A stretch of 64,000 nucleotides of DNA. Origin: Nakamurella sp. Its GTDB lineage: Bacteria; Actinomycetota; Actinomycetes; Mycobacteriales; Nakamurellaceae. The notes beneath the pieces were generated by a model. It made no database searches. It was not told where the DNA came from and saw nothing but the letters and a program-made list of their open reading frames with translations. Positions 18,476 through 27,363 of the stretch are shown piece by piece (the first letter of the stretch is position 1; each line of letters opens with the position of its first letter). Both the position numbers and the translations under genes were made by a program. The stretch is from positions 1,100 to 65,099 of the forward strand of contig JBDSLP010000168.1 in assembly GCA_039916325.1 (NCBI GenBank), read 5' to 3'.

Positions 18476-21130
18476 TCAACCCCAGTAGCGGTGCAGCATC
18501 CCGTCGGCCGAAGATCCGCTACTACGTCCGTAGACCGCACGGATCTGGACGAATTTGTTGACGTCCGGCGCCTCGAGGAGGTAGTCGACCCCGTTGATCT
18601 TCCCGAGGTAGACCGCGACGTGTCCGCTGTACCCGATGAGGTCGCCCGGCTGCCCGGCCGACCACGGGACGCTGAGTCCGCCGGCGCGCTGGGAACCGGA
18701 GTTGGTACCGACAGCGAAGCCGGCCGTGGTCAGGACGTAGGCGGTGAGACCCGAGCAGTCGAACCCGACGGTGCCGCCACAGGAGTTCTTCGCCGTGCCC
18801 CCCCGGGAACAACCCTGGTCGGCCTGACCGCCGTTCGTGCCGCCGCCCCAGACGTAGGGCAGGCCCACCGAGGCGAACCCGACCGCCAGGCCGCGAGCCA
18901 CCGACTCGTTCGGTGCCGTGATGACGGCGCCGCGCACCTCCGGCGCCACGGACGGGCTGTCCGGGATGGTGACCTGGACGCCGTTGACCGCGACCGTGGC
19001 GCTGATGCCGCCGCCGGTGACCCCGAAGTACTTCTGGAACAGGAAGAAGAAGTTGCGGTTGCCGTACGCGCTGCACCCGTCACCGACGCTGGGGTACGAC
19101 GCCAGCGCGGCCGCGTTGGGCTGGTACGGCGTGTAGTTGTACAGCGACGCCGTTGCGGTGTTTCGGATAGTGACATCAGTTCCACCACAGCCGGTCTCGG
19201 CGACGTTCCACAGAATGTTGGTGGTCTCCCCGGCCCGGTAGTGGTACTTGTCCGGGTCGACCCGGTAGCGCGCCCACTGCTTGGCCATGCCGAACATCTG
19301 GTTGAAGAAGCCCGCGTACGCGGGGTCGCAGTTGGCGGCGCCACCCGGACCGCTGTCGGGACAGTGCCAGCCCCACGCCGCGGTGTAGGAGGCGGGGCTG
19401 ACCGATGATCTGGTCAGCAGCGCGGACTCTTTCTGCAGCGTCACCAGCATCACCTGCGGATTGATGCCACAGGCCACGGACGCTCGGGCCAGCACCGCTG
19501 ACGCCAGCTCGTCGGCGCCGCCGGTGTAGGCCGAGCAGTACTGGTCGGCCGGGACGTCCGGGGTGGTGACGCGGAGGTTCTTGACGCAGGAAGCGCCTTC
19601 GCAGGCCGCGCCCTGGGCGTCCAGGAATGCCTGGACCTGCTCCGGAGCCATCGCCCGCGAGTTGTAGAAGACCTCGTCGGAGACGATGAAGCCCGGGTCG
19701 AAAGCGGTGGACCCACCGTTGTTGTTCGGACCGCAGTCGATGACCGCGACGCGACCTGTCGGCTGACCCATGTCACTGCTGCGGACCGGCTCGGGCGCGA
19801 TGTCCGGTTCCACCGGTACGTCGACGACGGGGGGAGCGACCAGCATCGGCGTGCCCAGGGGCGGCTCCACCGCGGCCGGCGTGGTCGGCTCGGTGGTCAC
19901 CGGGGCCGTGGTGGTCGGATCGACGATCGGCGCGCTGCTCGTGGGCTCGACACCCGGAGCGGTGGTCGTGGACTCGACACTCGGAGCGGTGGTCGTGGGC
20001 TCGACACTCGGGCCTGTACTGCTCGGGTCTGTGCTGCTCGGGTCTGCGCTGCTCGGTTCTGTGGTGACCGGTGCTGTTGTCGTCGGGTCCGTGGTCGTCG
20101 GGTCCGTGGTCGTCGACCCGGTGGTCACCGCGGCGCTGGTGGTTGACTCCGTCGCGGACCCCGTCGTGGACCCGGTCGCGGTCGACCCGGTGGTCACCGC
20201 GGCGCTGGTGGTTGACTCCGTCGTGGACCCCGTCGCGGACCCTGTCGTGGTCGACCCTGCGGCCGTGGCCGTCGTGGTCAAGGGTGTGTTGACGGCCGGC
20301 GGCTCGGACGGCGCGGGGTCGGCCGTGGCGGTGGGGGCGGCGGCGAGCGCGCCGCCCGCGGAGCGCAGGGCAAAGGAGACCGGCTCACCGCGCCGACCGA
20401 ACCGGTCCGCGCGGACTTCGACCGTCGCCGGCGTGACGACCGGCGCTTCGAGGACCGCGGCGGGCGCCTCGACCGGGATGAAGTGATCAACCAGGCCGTC
20501 GGCGAGGGCCGACCACGCTGCCAGCCCCGCGACGTCACCGGACTCCTGGACGGCGTCGCCGAGGTCGGAGTTGCTGCGGGCGTCGGTGTCGTAGCCGGGG
20601 ACACGGGAGGTGAGCTCGGCGAAGAACATCTGGGTCGCGGCGACGGCGTCGCCGCGGTCCTTGGTCGTATAGAGCCCGGACGAGGCGTCGGCGTGCTGTT
20701 GGAACAGCCCGACGTGGGAGGCGTTGAGCGCCTGCGGGTTCAACGAGGAGGCCGCCATGGCGGCAGCCACCGCCACAGCGATACCGCGACGACTGATCCC
20801 GGCGTCGAGTCCGGCGTTGACGATGGTGGCGGCCGCGTCAACCTGCCGTCCAGTGAGCAACACGCCGCCGTACACACCGGGAACGCTGCCACGGGCGGCG
20901 ACCACGCCGGGGGGGACCGCGGGGGTGGTTGCACAGACCGTGGTCACCGTGGGCTGCGCGGTGGGTGCCGCGAAGGCGGGCGTCTGACCGGCAATGACGA
21001 TCGTGACCGCCAGCGCCGAGGCCCAGAGCGCGCGCCTTCCCCCGGCGGTCCACGGTCGGAACAACCGACGGAGACGTGCACGGGGCTGATGCCCACGACC
21101 GTCGTGGCGCGACCTCGTCGTCTCGCTCAC
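18476..21130 (-). CDS. Large secreted multi-domain peptidoglycan hydrolase with a C-terminal NlpC/P60 domain
   Basis: Signal peptide RRALWASALAVTIVIAGQTPAFA/AP; SLT-like segment; Thr/Pro/Ser-rich repeat linker; central Cys-containing domain (...QVMLVTLQKESALL...); C-terminal GLPYVWGGG...FDCSGL...GHVAVY (NlpC/P60 Cys-His). Start GTG 21130 is chosen to precede the signal peptide. Confidence 0.85.
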   Translation of the reverse strand: MSETTRSRHDGRGHQPRARLRRLFRPWTAGGRRALWASALAVTIVIAGQTPAFAAPTAQPTVTTVCATTPAVPPGVVAARGSVPGVYGGVLLTGRQVDAAATIVNAGLDAGISRRGIAVAVAAAMAASSLNPQALNASHVGLFQQHADASSGLYTTKDRGDAVAATQMFFAELTSRVPGYDTDARSNSDLGDAVQESGDVAGLAAWSALADGLVDHFIPVEAPAAVLEAPVVTPATVEVRADRFGRRGEPVSFALRSAGGALAAAPTATADPAPSEPPAVNTPLTTTATAAGSTTTGSATGSTTESTTSAAVTTGSTATGSTTGSATESTTSAAVTTGSTTTDPTTTDPTTTAPVTTEPSSADPSSTDPSSTGPSVEPTTTAPSVESTTTAPGVEPTSSAPIVDPTTTAPVTTEPTTPAAVEPPLGTPMLVAPPVVDVPVEPDIAPEPVRSSDMGQPTGRVAVIDCGPNNNGGSTAFDPGFIVSDEVFYNSRAMAPEQVQAFLDAQGAACEGASCVKNLRVTTPDVPADQYCSAYTGGADELASAVLARASVACGINPQVMLVTLQKESALLTRSSVSPASYTAAWGWHCPDSGPGGAANCDPAYAGFFNQMFGMAKQWARYRVDPDKYHYRAGETTNILWNVAETGCGGTDVTIRNTATASLYNYTPYQPNAAALASYPSVGDGCSAYGNRNFFFLFQKYFGVTGGGISATVAVNGVQVTIPDSPSVAPEVRGAVITAPNESVARGLAVGFASVGLPYVWGGGTNGGQADQGCSRGGTAKNSCGGTVGFDCSGLTAYVLTTAGFAVGTNSGSQRAGGLSVPWSAGQPGDLIGYSGHVAVYLGKINGVDYLLEAPDVNKFVQIRAVYGRSSGSSADGMLHRYWG
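19941..20249. repeat. Nested imperfect tandem repeats encoding the Thr/Ser/Pro-rich linker of the wall hydrolase
   Basis: A 69-nt duplication (20112-20180 / 20181-20249, gtcgacccggtggtcaccgcggcgctggtggttgactccgtcg...), plus 27-nt units (about 19941-20020) and 15-nt units (about 20026-20120) read directly. Confidence 0.85.
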
Positions 21131-21273
21131 CGGAACTTCGACCGCCACTACCGGACCCCCTGTATGAACCACGCTGCACTCATCACCGACGGCACTCACC
21201 ACGGAACAGCTCTCATCACCAGCACGGCCGTGACCGACCGTTCCAGGGATCGAGACGATGTCTTGCGATGCGA

Positions 21274-21416
21274 GGACGCGTCGTCGACGTAGCGTAGGCC
21301 GATCGGGTGAGAAGTGTCCAGACCCTTTCGGGAATTTCTTCGTCCGTTCCGGGCGAATATCACCTCGAGCCATCAGAGCATCATGTCGAATTCGCCGTCC
21401 AGAGATTGCGCCGTCC
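21274..21416 (-). promoter_or_regulatory. Candidate structured 5' leader element (possible ydaO-type c-di-AMP riboswitch) upstream of the NlpC/P60 gene. Weak call.
   Basis: On the minus strand, GGACG(21416..)...CGUCC(..21274) can close a 143-nt domain containing GCGCAAUC, GGACGGCGAA, GAGGUGAUAUUC and CACCCGAUCGG. These only partly resemble the ydaO consensus blocks (..AAUC.., ACGGGG, GGGGUGAAUC, CCCGA.CAGCUAACC). Not validated. Confidence 0.25.
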
Positions 21417-22109
21417 GTTATCGAGTTGATATCCGGCCAACCGGGCACGTCCCCAGCGCCGAGTCGTCGACTGCCACGCCCAGCACGGGTGGTGCGCGAG
21501 TCCGTGTCGTCACCAACTCGGGACGGCGCCACTACCCCACTGAACGCGCCGGCCAGGCGCCGGCCACCCATGGGCGCCCGAACCCCGTCGCCGCCCGCGG
21601 GTCGACGAGAAAGCAATGCCGCCAACTGCTGTCGATTTCAACCTGGATCGTCACCGCCCGCCTCGAGCAGGGATCTCGACGTCGGCAAACGGGCCCGGCA
21701 CAACCCGACGAGCACGCCGGGCTCGCGTCCGGTCACCCTCCGTCGACCGCCTGACGGGGCGCCGGCACAAATGGAGCATCAAATGCACGACCTCGAATCC
21801 CCAGAATTGGGGATAGCCGCCGCCGAGTGCCGGGGATACGGTGAAAAAACAGTCCGCGGACCACCGTTCCGGATATCGACGGCGCATTCCTCTGACGGCC
21901 TCCGCGGGCGGCGTACAGCGTCACAGACAGTTGCCCGGACGGGACCGGCCGTATCGTCTACGACCATCGATACACCCGTACGGTTCACGCAGACGGGTAT
22001 TATTCCCCCGCTGCGCGGCGGTCGTCGGCATTCGTGCAGCGGACGGGCCGGCCGGTGCATGCGGGATCATGACGACACCGACCGGAAGATGCGGGGAGGC
22101 GACCTCACC

Positions 22110-24092
22110 TCACCAGATGCGGACCCGCTCTGCCGGATCCAGCCACAGCCCGTCGCCGGGCTGCACGTCGAACGCCGTGTAGAACTCGTCCAGGTTCCGG
22201 ACGACCTGATTGCATCGGAACTCCGGCGGCGCATGCGGGTCCAGCGCCAGCCGACGCAGGACCTCCTCGTCACGACCCTTCGCCCGCCACGCCATCGCCC
22301 ACGACAGGAACAGCCGTTGACGGGCGGGGATTCCGTCGACGTCCGGGGTCGGGCGGTTCTCCTGGGCCATCAGCCAGGCCTGGTAGGCGATCCCGAGACC
22401 ACCCAGGTCGCCGATGTTCTCCCCGACGGTGAGGGCGCCGTTGACCCTGTTGCCGGGCACCTGGGCCGGCTCGAGCTCCGAGTACTGCGCGATCAGCCGC
22501 TGGGTCAACCCGTCGAACGCGGCCCGGTCGTCCTCGGTCCACCAGTCCTTCTTCGCGCCGGTGCCGTCGTACTTGGAGCCCTGGTCGTCGAAGCCGTGGC
22601 CTATCTCGTGACCGATGACGGCGCCGATCGCGCCGAAGTTGGTGGCGTCGTCGGCGTCGGCGTCGAAGAAGGGCGGCTGCAGGATCGCGGCGGGGAAGAC
22701 GATCTCGTTCATCCCGGGGTTGTAGTAGGCATTCACCGTCTGCGGCGTCATGAACCACTCGTCGCGGTCCACCGGGCTGCCGATCTTGGCCAGCTCGCGG
22801 TCAAGCTCGAACGAGGCCGCCCGACGGGCGTTCCCGGCCAGGTCGTCGGGCCGGACCACGAGCGTGCTGTAGTCCCGCCATTGCGCCGGGTAGCCGATCT
22901 TCGGGTTGAACGCGGCGAGCTTCTCCAACGCCCGGGCCTTGGTGGTCTCGCTCATCCATCCCAGTCGGTCGATCTCCTGTCGGTAGGCCGCGATCAGGTG
23001 GCGGACCAGCTCGTCCATCCGGGATTTCGACGACGCCGGGAAGTATCGCTGGACGTAGATGCGGCCCAGCGCCTCACCCACGGCCCCCTCGACCAGCCCG
23101 ACACCGCGCTTCCACCGTTCGCGCAGCTCGGGGGTGCCGGACAGCGTGCGCCCGTAGAAGTCGAAGTTTTCCTCGACCACCGCCTGCGGACCCATGGGTG
23201 CGGCGGAGTGGACGACTCGCCAGGCCAGCCAGACCTTCCACTCGGTCAGCCGCTCGACGGTGAGCAAGGGCGCCACCGCGGTGAAGAAACTCGGCTGGCG
23301 GACGATGGTGTGCTCGAACACCGCTGGGTCGGCCCCGACGCCCGCGAGCCAGGCGTCCCACCACGCCGCCGGCCACAGGATGTCCAACTCGGCCCGCTCG
23401 GTCGGATTGAACGTCTGGTCGCTGTCCCGGGTGCGAACCCGGTCCCAGTGACCTGCCGCGATGTCCTCGTCCAGCGCGTAGACGGTCGCCGCGGCGTCCG
23501 CGCCGGCCTGCGCCGGTGACGCCAGCTCCGACATCCGGGCCAGGTGCACCCGGTAGGCGTCCCGGATGGCGGCGTACTGATCATCGCGGTAGAACGACTC
23601 GTCGGGCAGGCCGAGACCGCCCTGCAGCAGGTTCACCGTGTACCGGTCGGGCCGACCCGGATCGGTGTCGACGTAGAACCGGAACAGCCCGGAGACGCCG
23701 TCGCGTTCGAGCCGACCGAGGACCTCGAAGAAATCCGGGAGATCCTGGATGGCCGACACCTGGGCCAGCTGGTCGGCGATCGCGTCGGCGCCGACCTTCT
23801 CGACGCGCTCGACGTCCATGAAGCTGCGGTACAGGTCGCCGATCAGCTGGGTGGGGGTGCCCGGGGCAGCGTCGGCGATCGCCGCGGCCTCCTCGACGAG
23901 GCCGCGCGAGGCTTCCTCGGCCTCGTCGCGGAGCCGGACGAAGGCACCCGTCATCGACTGATCGGACGGGATGTCAGTCGCGTCCAGCCAGGCGCCGTTG
24001 ACGAAGCGGAAGAGGTCGTCCTGCGGACGGACCGGCCCCTCGCGGTCATGGTCGCGGTCATGGTCGTCGGTACTCACTGCCGTGCTCGTCAC
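22110..24092 (-). CDS. M13-family zinc metallopeptidase (PepO / endothelin-converting-enzyme-like)
   Basis: 660 aa with VIGHEIGHGFDDQG (HExxH), GENIGDLGG and NAYY motifs. Confidence 0.9.
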   Translation of the reverse strand: MTSTAVSTDDHDRDHDREGPVRPQDDLFRFVNGAWLDATDIPSDQSMTGAFVRLRDEAEEASRGLVEEAAAIADAAPGTPTQLIGDLYRSFMDVERVEKVGADAIADQLAQVSAIQDLPDFFEVLGRLERDGVSGLFRFYVDTDPGRPDRYTVNLLQGGLGLPDESFYRDDQYAAIRDAYRVHLARMSELASPAQAGADAAATVYALDEDIAAGHWDRVRTRDSDQTFNPTERAELDILWPAAWWDAWLAGVGADPAVFEHTIVRQPSFFTAVAPLLTVERLTEWKVWLAWRVVHSAAPMGPQAVVEENFDFYGRTLSGTPELRERWKRGVGLVEGAVGEALGRIYVQRYFPASSKSRMDELVRHLIAAYRQEIDRLGWMSETTKARALEKLAAFNPKIGYPAQWRDYSTLVVRPDDLAGNARRAASFELDRELAKIGSPVDRDEWFMTPQTVNAYYNPGMNEIVFPAAILQPPFFDADADDATNFGAIGAVIGHEIGHGFDDQGSKYDGTGAKKDWWTEDDRAAFDGLTQRLIAQYSELEPAQVPGNRVNGALTVGENIGDLGGLGIAYQAWLMAQENRPTPDVDGIPARQRLFLSWAMAWRAKGRDEEVLRRLALDPHAPPEFRCNQVVRNLDEFYTAFDVQPGDGLWLDPAERVRIW

Positions 24093-24425
24093 TGGTTTCC
24101 CCCGCTCCCGCGCCCGGTGGCGCGGTGTTTCCGTGGTCGGCGTCGCCGTCCATACCTACCACCCGCGAGCGTGTCACCCAGGACCGACAGTCCTCCCGGC
24201 CGGTCGCTCCGCGGCGCCCTACCGGCGCCGGAGATCGACCGACGCCGGAGTCGCCCGCGTGGCCGGAGCGACGATCGCGACGATCGGCGACCTCGCCGGG
24301 GTTGCCCAACGGCTGGCTGACGGGTCGAGAGGGCGCGGAACGTGGCGAGGTCGACAAGGCGGGCGCCACCGGCGATGTCGAGCCGGCCGTCGCCATGAGC
24401 CGGACCGGCTCCTATGCTCATCCGG

Positions 24426-24875
24426 ATGACTCTGACCCCCGCCGACGCCCGCAGCGTCGCCTTCCCCACCGCGTCCCGACTCCGCAGGGGCTACGACGCC
24501 GACGAGGTGGACGCCTTTCTGGAGCGGATCGCGGTGCGGTTGGAGACGGGCGCGGGCGTCAGCTCCAACGACGTCTACCACGTGTCCTTTCCCCGCTCCG
24601 GCATCGGCGGGCGCGGTTACGTCGAGGCGGACGTCGACGCCTTCCTCGAGCAGGCACACGCGGAACTCGCCCGCCTCGAGGATGCGTGGGGTCACAGGGG
24701 CGGGCCGACGCCGGGCGACACCGACGGCGACCCCACCCCGTCGGCCGACAGCACCGACACCCACACCGACCTTCTGACCCAGCCGGCCCGGCTACCGGCC
24801 GACGGCGGGGCCGTCGCCGAGATCGCGGTCGACGACGACGCAGCGGGCGGCCGCAGTCAACCAGCCGTCCGCTGA
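24426..24875 (+). CDS. DivIVA-domain protein with a duplicated N-terminal DivIVA motif
   Basis: MTLTPADARSVAFPTASRLRRGYDADEVDAFLERI, then a second GRGYVEADVDAFLEQAHAELARLE; acidic low-complexity tail. Confidence 0.75.
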   Translation: MTLTPADARSVAFPTASRLRRGYDADEVDAFLERIAVRLETGAGVSSNDVYHVSFPRSGIGGRGYVEADVDAFLEQAHAELARLEDAWGHRGGPTPGDTDGDPTPSADSTDTHTDLLTQPARLPADGGAVAEIAVDDDAAGGRSQPAVR

Positions 24876-24918
24876 GGCGATCGGGAGGGGGTCAGGAGCC
24901 TGCGCCTACCCTGGCGTC

Positions 24919-25914
24919 ATGATCGCGGACGGGGCTCGGCACCCTCGTTCCGCGCCGACTCCCCCGATCGCGTCGGCCGTCCCGGCCGGCGGGCCGATAG
25001 CGCACCGGACCACCGCCTGGCGGCCCGATTTCGCGGTCGACCTGCACCGGATGCTCGGCTCGCTGAGCCGGGGACGTTTCGACCCCAGCCACCACCGGGC
25101 CGCCGACGGAACGCTCTGGCGGGCGAGCCGAATGGCTACCGGGCCGACCACCTACCGGCTCCGGCAGGTCTCGATGCGTGAGGTCTGCGCCGACGCCTGG
25201 GGACCTGGGGCCGAGGAGTTCATCGCCCAACTGCCCCGGATGCTGGGGGCCGACGACGACCTGGACGGGTTCGACCCCCGCCTTCCGTGGCTGATCGAGG
25301 TGGTGCGTCAGAACCCCGGGATCCGGGTGCCGCGGACGCACCGGGTGCTGGAGGCGCTGGTGCCGGCGATCCTGGAGCAGAAGGTGACCAGCAAGGAGGC
25401 CTTCGGCGAATGGTCGTGGCTGGTCCGGCGCTACGGCGAGCCGGCACCGGGACCGACCCCGGTGCCGATGTGGGTACCGCCGGACGCGGCGACCTGGCTG
25501 AAGGTGCCGTCCTGGGAGTGGCACCGCTCGGGCACCGACCCGGCCCGATCAGCGACGATCATGCGTGCGCTGCGGGTGATCGGTCGCCTCGAGGAATGCG
25601 CGCACCTGGACCATGCGAGCGCGCAGAAACGCCTCACCGCGGTACCCGGCATCGGACTCTGGACCGCCGCCGAGATCGCGCAACGGGCTCTGGGCGACCC
25701 CGACGCCGTCTCGGTCGGTGACTATCACCTGGCCGGCTTCGTCGGCTACTCGCTCATCGGTGAGAAGGTCGACGACGAACGAATGCTGGAACTCCTCGAG
25801 CCGTGGAAGGGCCACCGGTACCGGGTCATCCGGCTGCTCGAAGTCAGCCCGGCCGGGCAGCGGGCGCCCCGCCGGGGGGCCCGGATGAGCATCGAGCGGC
25901 ACTGGGACAGGTGA
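24919..25914 (+). CDS. HhH-GPD base-excision DNA glycosylase (AlkA-like 3-methyladenine glycosylase II)
   Basis: LTAVPGIGLWTAAEIAQRALGDPDAVSVGDYHL (helix-hairpin-helix plus catalytic Asp region). Confidence 0.75.
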   Translation: MIADGARHPRSAPTPPIASAVPAGGPIAHRTTAWRPDFAVDLHRMLGSLSRGRFDPSHHRAADGTLWRASRMATGPTTYRLRQVSMREVCADAWGPGAEEFIAQLPRMLGADDDLDGFDPRLPWLIEVVRQNPGIRVPRTHRVLEALVPAILEQKVTSKEAFGEWSWLVRRYGEPAPGPTPVPMWVPPDAATWLKVPSWEWHRSGTDPARSATIMRALRVIGRLEECAHLDHASAQKRLTAVPGIGLWTAAEIAQRALGDPDAVSVGDYHLAGFVGYSLIGEKVDDERMLELLEPWKGHRYRVIRLLEVSPAGQRAPRRGARMSIERHWDR

Positions 25915-25930
25915 TCAGCCTGCCGGGATC

Positions 25931-26701
25931 TCAGGTCGGGACCAGGTACTCCTGGAGATAACGCATGTCCTCAGCGGTGCCGTCCACCCCGCCCGGCGTC
26001 TCCACGATGACGTCACTCCGGGCCGCCGCGCACACCGCGGCGATCAGCTGCGGGTCGATGGTGCCGCTGTCGAAGTTGGCGTGCCGGTCGGCGCCGGAGT
26101 CGAAGGTGTCGCGACTGTTATTGGCGTGCACCAGGTCGATCCGGCCGGTGATGGCCATCACCCGGTCGACCACGTCGTCCAGCGGCTCACCACCGCAATA
26201 GGCGTGACAGGTGTCGAGACAGAACCCGACCCCGAACTCCCCGACCGCGTCCCAGAGCCGGGCCAACCGATCGAAGCGCCGGGCGATGGCGTTGTCGCCG
26301 CCGGCGGTGTTCTCGATGAGGATCGGCAGGCCGAACTCCTCCCGCTGGAACACCTTGCGCCAGTTCGCGAAGCCCTCGGCGGGATCGTCACCGTCGTTGA
26401 GGTGCCCACCGTGCACGATCAGGCCCTTGGCGCCGAGGTCGGCGGCGGCCGCGGCGTGCTGGGTAAGGATCTTGCGGCTCGGGATCCGGATCTTGTTGTT
26501 CCGGGTGGCCACGTTGACCAGATAGGGGGCGTGTACGTAGAGGGGGATCTCGGTGGCCCGCAGTTCCGCCGCGAACGGATGTTCTGGCGGCTTCTTCCAG
26601 CCCTGCGGATCGCCGAGGAAGAACTGGACGGCCTGCGCGCCGGACTCGCGTGCCTCCGCCAACGGATCATCCGAACGCACATGTGCACCGATCGCCACCA
26701 T
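25931..26701 (-). CDS. nfo: Endonuclease IV (deoxyribonuclease IV)
   Basis: From MVAIGAHV...: IPLYVHAPYLVNVATRNNKIRIPSRKIL...IVHGGH...LIENTAGG...GFCLDTCH...IDLVHANNSRD...DRHAN, collinear with mycobacterial End/Nfo as I recall it. Confidence 0.9.
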   Translation of the reverse strand: MVAIGAHVRSDDPLAEARESGAQAVQFFLGDPQGWKKPPEHPFAAELRATEIPLYVHAPYLVNVATRNNKIRIPSRKILTQHAAAAADLGAKGLIVHGGHLNDGDDPAEGFANWRKVFQREEFGLPILIENTAGGDNAIARRFDRLARLWDAVGEFGVGFCLDTCHAYCGGEPLDDVVDRVMAITGRIDLVHANNSRDTFDSGADRHANFDSGTIDPQLIAAVCAAARSDVIVETPGGVDGTAEDMRYLQEYLVPT

Positions 26702-26775
26702 GATCCGAGGGTAATCGGCACCGCCGACAGTGACCCCGGCCGGACGCCCGACCACGGCCGGACAGGCAACTGTCG

Positions 26776-27363
26776 GTGGCCCCGCCTACCCTCACCGACG
26801 TGCGCACCACGGCCTTCCGTCCCTCGCTGCTCGTGCGGCTGGTGATGCTGGCGGCCGCCTACAGCCCGCTGCTGCTGCTGCTCGCGGTACTGAACTCGTT
26901 CCGCCTCGAGTGGCTCCGCTGGGTGCTGGTCGGGCTCAGCGCGGCCGGCGTCGTGGGCACACTGCTGTTCCTGTTCCTCGCCATCCCCCGCCGCAACGCC
27001 ACTCCGGAGCTGCTGAGCAGGGTCAAGCCCCGCGACGCCGAGGCGCTGAAGTTCTTCGCGTCCTACGTGGTGCCGTTCTTCGTGACCACCTCGGCGCCGA
27101 CCGCGGCCCGCTGGGGGCTGCTGATCTACCTGCTGATGATCGCAGTGCTCTACGTCCAGTCCGATCTCTACTACTCCAACCCGCTCCTCGCGCTGTGGGG
27201 CTACCGCGTCTTCGAGGCCGACCGGCCGGACGGCGGCTACCTGCTGTTGATCACCCGGTCCTGGTACCTCGCACCCGGCCAGAGCCGCGACCTCATCCCG
27301 CTGGGCGGCTACGTCCACTTCGACCGCACCACCCGCCGCCAACGCCGGACAGGACTCCGATGA
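26776..27363 (+). CDS. Small 4-TM membrane protein, KwaA-like (putative Kiwa defence component A)
   Basis: 195 aa with hydrophobic segments SLLVRLVMLAAAYSPLLLLLAVL, LRWVLVGLSAAGVVGTLLFLFLAI, FFASYVVPFFV and WGLLIYLLMIAVLYV, then a roughly 60-aa soluble tail. Its stop overlaps the next gene's start (ATGA). Confidence 0.5.
   Translation: MAPPTLTDVRTTAFRPSLLVRLVMLAAAYSPLLLLLAVLNSFRLEWLRWVLVGLSAAGVVGTLLFLFLAIPRRNATPELLSRVKPRDAEALKFFASYVVPFFVTTSAPTAARWGLLIYLLMIAVLYVQSDLYYSNPLLALWGYRVFEADRPDGGYLLLITRSWYLAPGQSRDLIPLGGYVHFDRTTRRQRRTGLR

Noticed and set aside
21314-21754. 146-aa plus-strand ORF inside the long non-coding leader
   Set aside because: No recognisable motif, Ser/Arg/Pro-rich composition, no RBS, and no plus-strand gene context. 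I treat it as non-coding. A third-position GC plot or homology search would settle it.
21258-23519. 753-aa plus-strand ORF spanning the long intergenic region and the M13 peptidase locus
   Set aside because: It is antisense to a clearly recognisable M13 peptidase (HEIGH motif on the minus strand). Its translation is Arg/Pro/Gly-rich with no motif, so it is a high-GC shadow ORF.
26730-27359. N-terminal 210-codon extension of the ORF that contains the KwaB-like gene
   Set aside because: It overlaps the 4-TM gene in another frame and translates to an Arg/Pro/Ala-rich sequence. The ATG at 27360, forming an ATGA overlap with the upstream stop, is the far more plausible start.
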